Assembly: GCA_964276515.1 (NCBI GenBank)
Contig: OZ193909.1
Coordinates: 5,394,001 to 5,458,000, forward strand
Reading direction: 5' to 3'
DNA from: Gordius albopunctatus
Taxonomy: Eukaryota
DNA length: 64,000 bases
In this document: positions 1 through 11,621 of the stretch, piece after piece
Numbering within the stretch: position 1 is the first letter of the stretch
Layout: the number at the start of each line of letters is the position of its first letter
Notes under the pieces: model-generated
The model's input: only the letters and a program-made list of their open reading frames with translations
The model's database searches: none
What the model was told of the DNA's origin: nothing
Translations under genes and position numbers: made by a program

Positions 1-385
1 ACTCACGACCCCCTTGGATCGGCAGAGCATCGGAAATCCTTAAAATATTCAGCTTTATCCCAAACCTCGATTTTTATTCCTATCGTCTCATCGTGCTCAG
101 GGACATTTGGGAAGAGCGCTTTAATTTTTTTAAAGAACTCAATAAACGCTCACCCCCTGGTAAAATATCGAATAGTTTTTTACTACGACAATCAATTGCC
201 ATCGCGAACGCTAAATCTAATTTTTATTCTTTGATGGATTCAATGCCCATTCTCAAAGATGAAGAAACGGATATTGAGTTTTAATCATTTTTTATATAAA
301 TGTTTTCGTTCTTGTATCTTTTTATTAATTCCACTCAATATTTAATACTTTTTATTTAATAAAGCATGTCAATTTAAAAAAAAAA
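1..385 (+). mobile_element. 3' end of CRE-clade (restriction-like endonuclease) non-LTR retrotransposon with poly(A) tail; continues left of the window
   Basis: Near-identical to the reverse complement of 53260-53647; encodes the RLE C-terminus (THDPLGSAEHRKSLKYSALS...); ends in an A-run at ~376-385. Confidence 0.85.
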
Positions 386-1586
386 TTCATAAAAACTTAA
401 AGCAACCAGTATAAGCATGAACGTAGCCAAGCCCTCAAACATTAAGGCCCGTTTTCCTCCCCTGCTTAAATTTCACAGAAAATGAAATGTTTTTCAACAA
501 AATGTAGAAGAGTTTAGGTTAAAGGCTCAACAAAAAACAACACGGGACCCGGGGGCGCTACCTAACACCAAAGAACCGAGGATAATAACCTTGTTAGGAG
601 TTAGAGGCGGAGCCCTTCTTAGATGTCTGAAGAACTGAGATAATATGTATCAACATTTATTGGCACTTTGTTAAAAGTATTTTCATTTTTCTCCCAATTT
701 AACGCGCAAAAAATGACAAAATTAGATTTTTAAATTTATTTAGCCACGCAGGAGGGGACAATAATAATTGACGTGAAAAATAAGCAAAAAAATGACTTTG
801 ATTTAATGTTTAAAATTGTAAAAAAGCACATGCCTACATTTATCCGACTACACTACCTACACGCATTTCTAGAAAATACTAGTGATGGTGAAATAGCGTT
901 TGATAGGCGCTATAGCACATAGTCACGTGGAGGCACTAAAACTATAGCACATAGTAACACGAGGGCTCTAGAGCTATAGGAGATAATCACATAAATTGCT
1001 ATAGCGTGGCGCTATCATTGTTATTATTTGTTATTGTTAAGTCGTTGCAGACTTTATTTATATGCCTGCGTCTTTCATACTTAATTTAGGTCACTTATTG
1101 ATAGCCCTGAGCTTATTAATTAAATTAGCCTATAAACTTATTTCAAATCACATGTGCGCGTATGCTACTTAACAATAACAAATCATAACAATGATTGTGC
1201 CACCCTATAGCTCTAGCACCTTATTTGACTATCTCCTACAGGTCTAGCATCCTCGTGTGGTAGTGCCTCCCATCTACATAGCATAGTCACTTGGAGGCGC
1301 TACAGCTATAGCACATAGTCACACGAGGGCGCTAGAGCTGTAGGAGATAGTCACATAAGGTGCTAGAGCTATAGCGGGGCGCTATCATTGTTATGATTTT
1401 TTATTGTTAAGTGGCATAATTAAATACAATATTTTTATTCAAAACCCCCCCCCCCTCTCACTTGCAAAGATTGCGCTTAAAGCGAACGAACTTCTAAAAA
1501 GTGAAACTTAATTTAAGCTTTCTAGTTTGCTTGATGTTTTTTAAAGGGTTTATTGGTGTTTCCGTCCCATAAATCGTGCTAATTAC

Positions 1587-1985
1587 ACTGGTCAACAAAT
1601 AATGGACTTGTGAAATTAACCTGCGAACTATTTGCAGATTCTGGTAGAGTTTTTCACGGTGAACACTAATATGTTTTTACTTTTTTACCTATACGTCAAG
1701 TTTTTAAATATTCGCTGTCAAAGTCGCCAAAAACGCGATTTTAGCGTTTTTCAAACGTCAATAACTTGCAAATTAATGGGTAAAAATTTTGTTTAATAGA
1801 CTTAATTCGTAGATATATGGGAGAGGAATGTATTGACAATGTTTTATCCTAGCACATTTACTTTTTAAATTATATACAAAATTAACTATCCCTATCTTTT
1901 ACATTGACAAATTGCCCCAGACTTGACGGCGCCCTCCCTTCTCTTCAACACTAGAAATTAAGTGCGTGTTGTTGGTGTTGTTGTT
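1587..1985 (+). mobile_element. Left end of a non-autonomous DNA transposon (Chapaev3/Transib-like CAC terminus); second copy at 61389-61780
   Basis: Begins CACTGGTCAACAAA after TTA; ~400 bp highly similar to 61389-61780, which begins after TAA. Confidence 0.6.
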
Positions 1986-2161
1986 TATCTACTTTACTAA
2001 CTGGACTTATGCATACTCACTCATGTTATGTTATTTTATTCATTGAGTAGTATAAAAAGAAAATTAATTTTTCGCTCTCCTCTTTAATGTCTTTATCCTT
2101 TTCTTCAACTTAACATAAAAAATATCATGAATTTTATGAAAAATAATTATTCCCTGGCTAC

Positions 2162-4388
2162 TAGAGTTGTTAAATTGCTAACTTTAGCAATGCTAACTAT
2201 GTGCTATGCTCGAGCACGAACAGTAGCTGGGTAATATGCTAGTTTAGCAGAATGAGTGCTAACTGTTCGGTGCGTTAGTTTTAACAGTAGCACATAAAAA
2301 TGCTCGAGAAGTTAGTCGAAGCAGCCAAATCTGTTAAAAAATTTAGCAGGAGCTCGAGCAGGAAATTCGAGGAGATAGTAGATTGAATTGCTTTTGTTAA
2401 ACTTTTTTAGTTACTAACAAAATTTGCTCATGGTATATTATAAAGTTATTATATTATAGTTTTATAAGAAATTAAGCATGTTGAGCATAAAATGATGGAT
2501 TGCAGGATAATAAGATGAGATTGTCTATTTGATTTTTTAATTATATACATTTTGAGTTTTTAGGGATAAATATTTTGTACAGGTGGTTAAATAAATATAT
2601 AGATGGGGTAAATGTCATAATCTATATTTATGATGCGATTTAAATTTTTTTTTCAAATTCTGACTCACTAAGAGCTTAAAAATGTTTTTCACCTTTGAAA
2701 TTAAGATTTTTAAAAGTTTAGCGGTCGCCCAGGTGACAAATGTCATAATCCATATTTATGATGCGATTTAAATTTTTTTTTGAAATTCTGACTTACTAAG
2801 AGCTTAAAAAATTTTTTTCACCTTTGAAATTAAGATTTTTAAAAGTTTAGCGGTCGCCCAGGTGACAAATGTCATAATCTATATTTATGATGCGATTTAA
2901 ATTTTTTTTTTCAAATTCTGACTCACTAAGAGCTTAAAAAATGTTTTTCACCTTTGAAATTAAGATTTTTAAAAGTTTAGCGGTCGCCCAGGTGACAAAT
3001 GTCATAATCTATATTTATGATGCGATTTAAATTTTTTTTTTCAAATTCTGACTCACTAAGAGCTTAAAAAATGTTTTTCACCTTTGAAATTAAGATTTTT
3101 AAAAGTTTAGCGGTCGCCCAGGTGACAAATGTCATAATCCATATTTATGATGCGATTTAAATTTTTTTTTCAAATTCTGACTCTCTAAGAGCTTAAAAAA
3201 TTCACCTTTGAAATTAAGATTTTTAAAAGTTTAGCGGTCACCCAGGTGACAAATGTCATAATCCATATTTATGATGCGATTTAAATTTTTTTTCAAATTC
3301 TGACTCACTAAGAGCTATGAAGTGGATGAGGAGGGAGGGGCAATATCTAGCTAGATCTACTGCCAACCAAACCAACTAAACTTACACTCCTCCTCTCCCT
3401 CCCTCCCTCCTTCGCCCTCCAGTCAAGTCATATCATGTCATCATAAGCCAGCCAGCCCAGCAAGTAGTGGGTGGATGATTGGGATGGGAGTTGCCAACTT
3501 CTGCGAGACGTAATTTATAGGTTATCATCATCACCTACTACAAACTTAGTTACATATGGTGGTTTTTAGGGACAGTATATAAAATTAAAGAGTGATGAAA
3601 GGACCTCCCTCATAATTTGTAAATATTATATCCATGACGATTTTTAGTATTATTTTAGCCATCTATAAGTTAAAATTAAAGGATTTTAAATCGCATCATA
3701 AATAGATTAATATATTTGTCACCTGTTAGACCGCTAAACTTTAAAAAAAAATTTTTAAGCTCTTAGTGAGTCAGAATTTGAAAAAAAATTTAAATCGCAT
3801 CATAAATATAGATTATGACATTTGTCACCTGGGCGACCGCTAAACTTTTAAAAATCTTAATTTCAAAGGTGAAAAACATTTTTAAGCTCTTAGTGAGTCA
3901 GAATTTGAAAAAAAATTTAAATCGCATCATAAATATAGATTATGACATTTACCCCATCTATATATTTATTTAACCACCTGTACAAAATATTTATCCCTAA
4001 AAACTCAAAATGTATATAATTAAAAAATCAAATAGACAATCTCATCTTATTATCGTGCAATCCATCATTTTATGCTCAACATGCTTAATTTCTTATAAAA
4101 CTATAATATAATAACTTTATAATATACCATGAGCAAATTTTGTTAGTAACTAAAAAAGTTTAACAAAAGCAATTCAATCTACTATCTCCTCGAATTTCCT
4201 GCTCGAGCTCCTGCTAAATTTTTTAACAGATTTGGCTGCTTCGACTAACTTCTCGAGCATTTTTATGTGCTACTGTTAAAACTAACGCACCGAACAGTTA
4301 GCACTCATTCTGCTAAACTAGCATATTACCCAGCTACTGTTCGTGCTTGCGTTTTTAGTTGAAGCTGCTTAGCAATTTAACAACTATA
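2162..4388. mobile_element. Foldback-type hAT non-autonomous element with long inverted arms and an internal ~129-bp tandem array
   Basis: TIR TAGAGTTGTTAAATTGCTA / TAGCAATTTAACAACTATA; 8-bp TSD CTGGCTAC (2154-2161, 4389-4396); arm ~2213-2800 is nearly identical to the reverse complement of ~3755-4347. Confidence 0.85.
2610..3316 (+). repeat. Tandem array, ~5.5 x 124-130 bp; about 2 inverted units at ~3686-3950
   Basis: Unit AATGTCATAATCTATATTTATGATGCG...GCGGTCGCCCAGGTGAC starts at ~2611, 2739, 2868, 2998, 3128 and 3252. Confidence 0.95.
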
Positions 4389-4634
4389 CTGGCTACGACT
4401 AGCCCCGGTGTAACATCCATATTTTAGTTCGTTAAAATATTCTCCACGTCAATCAAAATGTCAATCATATATATTAGATAAGTAACAATGACTAGAAAGT
4501 ACACGAAGATAAAATTTATTTCAACTTCCAAGATGAAATTTACTGCAACTGAAAATTCATTAAAACATCCCGTATTTAAAGTAGTAACAATAGTGATATA
4601 TCAACAGTTATTTACATCACAAGGAGATCATGGG

Positions 4635-6193
4635 TGAGGTGATAAGATAGGCGTAAATCAAGATGGCGAGCAAAAAATAATAATAAACAGCGAAAATAAA
4701 AATAAACTCACAAATAGCGAAAATAACAATCATCGTGATTCCAAATCTATTAATAAATGCGTGGCCTTGAACAGCCAAACGAGATCCATAAAATTCAAGG
4801 GTAATTTTAATTTTACACATCAAAAAGGGCAAATCATTGCCACGGTAATAAAAATTACTAATAAATAAAAAATGGCCTAATGCCACACCTTCCCCTTTCC
4901 CCCAAAAAATTTTTTTAACCCTGCGGATCACCCGCCAGGGTTAAGGCCGCCAACGGTGGTACCAAGACCCCGCTGACCGTAAGTAACGGTTGCTCCTCAG
5001 TCCCGGGTCTATCCAATACGTTGCCCGGGCGCGCACACAACGGTAACCCATGCCATCTTTGGCATGTCCCACAACGACCCTTCGAGTGCTTCTCGCACGC
5101 CGTCGATTGCGCGCCCCCCCCGCTCAGTCTTCCTAGAACGGGAAAAGTAGGCGGCAACTGTGGAACTCGTCTTGGTAAATAATAATAAAATCCGGGACAG
5201 GGTTAAGCCCGGTCTCGGATTCCCCTGCTTACGGTCTGTTATGACTTTCGCCAGAGGCGTTTATTCACGCGTAATGAAGCATCAGCATAAAATATTACAA
5301 GCGAAGCATGTGATAACAAACATAAGCGTAAGATGCGCGCGACGTGAATAATGTTGTGGGTAAAACGAATTTTCGGGATAAGGTTTGGGACAAAGCGTAC
5401 GGGCGAAGTGAGTGCAGGAGGGTATCACGGAGAGAAACGAACAAGTGATGCCCGGGGGGCAGGTATGCGTTTATATACGCATCATGCGCATGGGTTTAGC
5501 TACGGTTCTAAATCGATGACTTCGACCGGGAATTCGTTTTCCCAAAAGGCTAGGTCAATTTCTTCTTCTGGTAAGCCGTATTGTAGTACGTATTCGATAT
5601 CGGTATTGAGTTGTTCCGATTCGGGGGTATCCGGGACCCAGGAGTCGCTCGGGTCGTCGGCTGGGTTTTTGTATGTTGGTACCCAGGTCAGGTTGTAGTG
5701 GATGTTCAAGAGGTGCTTTAGTCAGTACGTCTTTACGAAGGTTGCTATAGCCTCTTCTATCGTTGGGGAGTTCGACCCCCTTTCTTTAGGACGTAGTATG
5801 CGGTGGCAGAGTCCGTTACGAGTTTCGGATGGTTGTTGCCTGATAGATAAGATCGGACGTAAACCGTACAGTACGGCTACCGTTTCGGCCAGTGTTATAT
5901 GATGGGGCTCTCTCCACCTCCATCCGAACGAAGCTGCTGCGTTGTTGAACGAGTTGGAGTGAGGTCCAGATGGCGAACAAAAAATAATAATATACAGCGA
6001 AAATAACAATAAACTAACAAATAGTGAAGATAACAATCATCGTGATTCCAAATCTATTAATAAATGCGTGGCCTTGAACAGCCAAACGAGATCCATAAAA
6101 TCCAAGGGTAATTTTAATTTTACACATCAAAAAGGGCAAATCATTGCCACGGTAATAAAAATTACTAAAAATAAAAATTGTCCTAATTACACA
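4635..6193 (-). mobile_element. Internally deleted LTR-like retroelement (5' LTR ~6193-5961, 3' LTR ~4887-4635) carrying an RNase H relic
   Basis: ~228-bp direct repeats (4661-4887 vs 5968-6193, about a dozen differences); both start TGTG on the minus strand exactly where homology ends; polypurine tract GGGGGAAAGGGGAAGG (4903-4888) abuts the downstream repeat. Confidence 0.7.
5500..5960 (-). pseudogene. C-terminal RNase H domain of a reverse-transcriptase polyprotein (DIRS/Ngaro- or hepadnavirus-type), degraded
   Basis: Stitched translation: HHITLAETVAVLYGLR..(fs)HPKLVTDSATAYYVLKKG(fs)GSNSPTIEEAIATFVKTY*LKHLLNIHYNLTWVPTYKNPADDPS + acidic tail, stop at 5500; catalytic E, D and D are positioned as in RT-associated RNase H. 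Confidence 0.7.
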
Positions 6194-7695
6194 ATATTAA
6201 TTCATTTTTATAGCAGAAATAGTTTTTATTGGCTGATTTAACGTAAATCATTTATTTTGTATTAAGTTTTTTAAAATATTATAAACAAATTCATTTTTAT
6301 TCGGCTGATTTTATATAAATATAAGAATTTTTTATAAAATTTATATTTATTTGGCTGATTTAACGCCAATCAATTATTTTGTATTAATCAATTATTTTTA
6401 TTAAGTTTTTTAAACTATAATAAACAAATTCAATTAATTTATATGTATTAAGTTTTTTAAACTATTATAAAACCAGTAGGGAACTTAAATAATTATTATA
6501 TATAAAGGAACTTATAATCCCTGATGATCTTAGGTGTCATATATTTGGTTTTAATTCTTTATGTTTTGTCAAATATCATTATTAGACATTAAAATACGGA
6601 TAATATATTTTATTTAAAGTAAATATAGGGTAAAAACAGTATTTATAAAACAATTGTAACGATTAAAAATATTTTTATCAAAATAAAATGTCTTTTCAAG
6701 GAAATAGAATTTTTGTCTATTGGTAAGGTTTTCTGGAATAGTTCCAGAAAATATATAATTCATAATCTCAGTAAAACCATATTCTTCTATCCTATTAAAT
6801 AAATGCTAAATTAATCAAAGTATAAATTAAGTAGTTTATATTCAAAATGCTTATTAATATAATCAGCTATTGAAAAAGTTTTATTAAATGAATGACTTTA
6901 TAATAGCTGAAACTTGAAGTAAACTTCTTTTTTTTCCAATAAGTTCCTAATATTATTAATAAGTTGCTAATATTACAAGCTAGTGAAAAAGTTTGTAAAT
7001 ACCTTATATTTGATGTATAACTTTATAATAATAATTGAAGTAGAAAAGTTCTTCTTTTATAATAAGTTCCTAATATTATTAATAAGTTGCTAATATTACA
7101 TGCTAGTGAAAAAGTGAGTAAATACCTTATTTGATGTATAACTTTATATTAATTGAAAAATTGCATATATTGAGATAATAAGTCCATCAATAACATAAGT
7201 GTTAAATTTAATAACTTACTGCTGGATACAATTTTGATGATACAAAATTAACGGTGATTTTAGCAAATTTTCGTTCAATCACATTATTGTAAAAAACACG
7301 TGACATGTCAAAAACATATCATTTCGTGGTTTCAACCAATGAGAATGTTTCACGCGGAGACGATTCTAGCGGAGACAATAACTCGTGTTACACCGGTCAC
7401 CTCAACATAAAACTTACTAGTTAATAACCAATATAAATCAGACTTAAATAACAAATTTAATCTTTAAGTGTAATATTTTCCAATCTATTTTATTTCAGCC
7501 GGTTAAAGTACTTATACTAAATTGGGTAAATATTATAAAAGATTTCCCAAGTGAGATATCTTTATCAACGTCTATATGAAAACACACTTGTTAAAAATCA
7601 CATATAATTTTATTTTCGACCATTTCGCATTATATATATATATATATATATTAGTTATATATATAAATATATTTCAGACATCAATAAATATTTTG

Positions 7696-9019
7696 TTAAT
7701 TATTGATGTCGATTCCTCTCCAGCTATTCATGCATAGCATTTGGTTTAATGTAGTTGGAGATAACCGTGACCTTTTCTTGGTAATTATGTTACCTGTCTT
7801 AGAGAAAAGGCGTTCACTGCTGACTAATGTGCTTTGGTGGCATAAATAATATTGAGCCATAGCAGCTAAACTAGGAAATCTCAGCGAAGATGATTTCCAC
7901 CATTCTAAAATATTTACATCTCCATGACATTCATGTTCCAATTCTTCCCCACCCACAAACATTCGAGAACTATTTAAATTATAATAATTTAAAATAATTT
8001 TTTCACCTTCGTTTCTTCTGTAATATTAATTCGGTAAAAGATCCACCTGTCGTAGAGCTCTCAACTAAAAATCTCCCGCTATAAATTTCTAAAAATTCTC
8101 TACAAAAATTATCAAATTTGTCTTGGGTGTTTAAGGAATAAGGCATTGCTTTTCTTTTGACCCTCGGATCTAAAATAGAGCAATTAAAGACTTCCTGTGT
8201 GTGTGCACATGATATTAAAATAATGTTTTGCTTTAATTATCATCTTATCGCCAGCATCTTTTAAGGACCATGAGTCGTGGTTGCCGTTTCGAGACCATCT
8301 ATAATTTCCTCGAAAAAGTTTAACACAATTCTCATTGTAGGAACTGATTCTTTATAAAGACCTAATGTAACCTAGTTAGGTCAAAATATTTGAGAATATT
8401 TAAATACCTTATAGAAGGGTAGGAAGAAAAGTTCAGCGTCTTTCAGAAACCGGATATCTTCGTGGCTAAAATCCATATCCGTTTTATCCGGGAAAAATTT
8501 TTGAACAATAATATTAAGAGTGCTCATTTCCTTGAAAAATTAATTATTATTATATTCCCATATAATTTACCTTATTTGCTTGTTGTAACATTATATAAGA
8601 ACTATTCCAACGGGTATTATTTGCCAAAGGAATAAGGGCCTTAGAATGGTTGTACCATTCTGCCTTCATCGCTGGTTTATAATGTATATAATGAATTAAA
8701 CGATTAATTTTTTTTCTAAAAATGGAGTAATGACCCGTAATCCTTCACCAGCCGTAATGTTCATAACGTGAGCACCACACCTAAAATTAAAAATCCGGGT
8801 TGACGGCATTTTAGTTCTTAATAAGCTTATGGCGTTGAGTTCGTTATTTGCATTATCTGTGGTGAATGATATCACTTTAGCCTCAATCTGGAATTCGACT
8901 AAAACTTTGTGCGGTATATTGCAAATTTCCCTCCCTGTATGGGGTGAAGGCATCGGGAGAATTTGCAGTAAAATGTTTTCCATAACCCATCGTTTGTTAA
9001 TATAATGTAGGGTGATACC
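7696..9019 (-). pseudogene. hAT transposase pseudogene (C-terminal part, intron-containing)
   Basis: ORF fragments with HTG, TTDNANN, CGAHV, NTRWNS, LEWWK...FPSLAAMA...SERLFS...RSRLSP (hATC dimerisation domain); frameshifted. Confidence 0.9.
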
Positions 9020-9707
9020 TAGAGCCCTGCAAAATTAAATTTCTTCTGCCCGAGCCCGAATTCTTAATTTTTATTTTGCCCGGTCCGAGCCCGAAAGATT
9101 TTTTTTATTTTTGGCCTGACCCGAGCCCGACCCGATTTTTTAAATAAAATTTTTGAGAAATATATTTTTGAAAATTATTTCACCATCTATAAAATGCATT
9201 AGATTGTTATTACACGTATTTACAACTAGGATAAGTTTGAAATAAAAAATTTTTCACTCGTTATAATTTATTCGGTTAATCATTTAAAGCTAAAAATTTT
9301 ACTTTATAATATATATTTTTAACAGTTCAAACAAAAAAACCTTTTGAAATATTTACTAATCTTATTTCAAAAGTTGTAACAGCTACTATACATCTATTTA
9401 AATACTAGAAAAGATTTGCAATTCAGGTCAGTTATATTATAATAGACAAGGGAAAAAGCTAAAGTTTGGAAGCTTTATAATTTACGCTCTGCGAAAAATA
9501 ATTATTTAATATCAAATTTTATTTAAATCCTATTTTATAAGAGATTAATTTGTTTTAGTTCAATTCGGGCCGGGCTCGGGCCTCGGGTCGGGCCGCCACA
9601 TCAGGCCCGACCCGAGCCCCGATTATATTATAAAATTTTGCCGCCCCGCCCGAAACCCGATCGGGACGGGCTCGGGTCGAGCTTCGGGCGGCCTGTGCAG
9701 GGCTCTA
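9020..9707. mobile_element. hAT MITE (TAGAGCCCTGCA termini, GCCCGA-rich subterminal repeats)
   Basis: TAGAGCCCTGCA ... TGCAGGGCTCTA; flanks differ (GTGATACC vs AACATGAG), so no TSD. Confidence 0.75.
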
Positions 9708-10389
9708 AACATGAGTGAGTACGCATAAGTTCACTCTATTGTTTTCCTTTTCATTGAAACATAAGCGCCCTGATGGGATATGGATTAACTTAAGGGGGAG
9801 TTTAATTTTTTATTCCCAAAAACATGGGCGTAGTAGGGCATAACCAGATTTTGGATTAGGAGGGGGGGGGGTGGCGAAACGGTTAAAAGTTCAATTAGGG
9901 AGGGGCAAAACAAAAAAATATTAATTTGTAAGGTTTTTTTTACATTGAAAAATTTCTTTTTTCGTCATTCAGAGGGGGGGGAGGAGGGAAGAGCGAGTTA
10001 TTGATAAAATAAATGTAGAAGCAATGCAAAATATTTAAATTAAAGTCATACACTTAATTAAATTTATATTAAAACGAGTCGTAATTAGATGGTAAGATAG
10101 GGCAAAATAATTATATTTTCACAGAGAAAGGGTGGGGGCGCACAACAGATGTATTTTAATATCTAATAAAATAAGCAATTAAAAAAATTATTGCCAGTTT
10201 TAGCGCCGTGCTATAGCTCTAGCGCATTTAAGTGCTATCGGCTATAGCTTTAACGCCTCAAACCTCCCATCTCCTATAGCTTATAGCACTTAAAGTGACT
10301 ATGTGCTAGTAGACATAGCGTATATAATGGCTACTCCCATAAGCGGGGAGATGCTAAGCGCGCTTGTGCTAAGCGTTTTCCCATCACTA

Positions 10390-11621
10390 ATACGGGTAGA
10401 GAAATATCAAATATTTTGCACAAAGTATTTGTAGATTTTAATCTGGAAGATAAGTTTCTGTCTCCAATCTAATAAATGCCATTACTTTATTGCGTAATAA
10501 AATGCCCACTACCAAGGTTTTAAGTTTTAGATGCGGTGCTGATGTTATGAACCTCATTGCTGGCGAAGGGTTGAAAATTATCAACCCTCATTTAATTAAA
10601 ATCAATCGCCTGGTCCATTATATTCATTATAAGTCCGCAATGAGGGAAGAATGGTTCAACCATTCTAATTCCTTGATTCCTTTAGCGAACAACACTCGGT
10701 GGAATTCAACATACCTAATGTTGCAAAAGGCAAATAAGGTATATTATATCGAAATTATACAATATTTTTCAGGAAATGAGCACCTTAAACATCATTGTAC
10801 ATAAATTTTTCCCAGGTGAAACGGAGTTGGCCTTGAATCATGAAGAAATTAGATAGCTAAAAGAAGTGAAGACTTTTTTTCTCCCACTCTACAAAGTATA
10901 TTAAATATTTTTTTACATTGACAATCAAAAAGGTATCCTTGGGACTTTGCAAAGAAATAATTCCGACGATGGGTATTGTAGGAAATTTTTTTGAAGAAAT
11001 TATTAGCGAATTAGAAAGAAATAGTACAACATATCCCACTCTTACGGAGGCAGCTACCAAAATGATTGTTAAAGCCAAACATTATTTTTCTATAATGTGT
11101 ACCCAAGAGGTATATAAATGCTCTATATTGGACCCACGAGTAAAAAGAAAAGCAATGCCCACTCATTTAAACACCGATGAACATTGGGATAATTTTCATC
11201 GGGACTTTATTGATAATTATAGCGGTCGTTATTTACTATAGAGACCGATGATAAGTGGTTCATTTACCGAATCAATTTTACAGAAAAAACGCTGGTAAAA
11301 TAATTTTGTGTAAATTTTACAATATTTAGTTCACGAATGTTTCTGGGTGATGATGAATTAGATAGTTATATTATTGAGACTGAATGTCATGGCGATGTTA
11401 ATATACTTGAGTGGTGGAAACCATCATCGTTTAGATTTCCGAATCTGGCAGCTATGGCCAGAGATTATTTAAGCCATCAAAGCACTTCGGTCCCCAGTGA
11501 GTGTTTATTTTCCAAGGCCGGAAACATAATGACCAAGAAAAGATCAAGATTGTCTCCCACTAATTTGAATCAAATGCTATGCATGAATAGCTGGAAAGGA
11601 AATACCATTAATAAATTATAA
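10390..11621 (+). pseudogene. hAT transposase pseudogene (C-terminal part), paralogue of 7696-9019; probably the transposase of the 880-12551 element
   Basis: TGREI, CGADV, NTRWNS, ILDPRVK, LEWWK...FPNLAAMARDYL...SECLFS...RSRLSP; preceded by an isolated right TIR (TTTCCCATCACTA, ends 10389). Confidence 0.9.

Larger units (their letters stand above)
4405..7396. mobile_element. Possible TIR element of unknown superfamily enclosing the LTR-like element
   Basis: 11-bp inverted termini CCGGTGTAACA / TGTTACACCGG; no clean TSD. Confidence 0.35.

Noticed and set aside
93..284. Duplicate ORF with 53363-53713 as a gene pair
   Set aside because: Alternative frame of the CRE retrotransposon 3' end
2610..3316. 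Regular repeat array resembling a CRISPR
   Set aside because: Units are contiguous near-identical ~129-mers with no unique spacers, no cas genes, eukaryotic context
4617..4931. Hydrophobic 104-aa ORF suggesting a membrane/envelope protein
   Set aside because: Lies in the T-rich LTR-like repeat; the hydrophobicity follows from base composition and the frame is not preserved in the second repeat
4940..4995. Twister-like string TAAGGCCGCC...GGTACCAAGACC
   Set aside because: No P2' strand or GAG/T1 partner downstream or upstream; does not complete the twister fold
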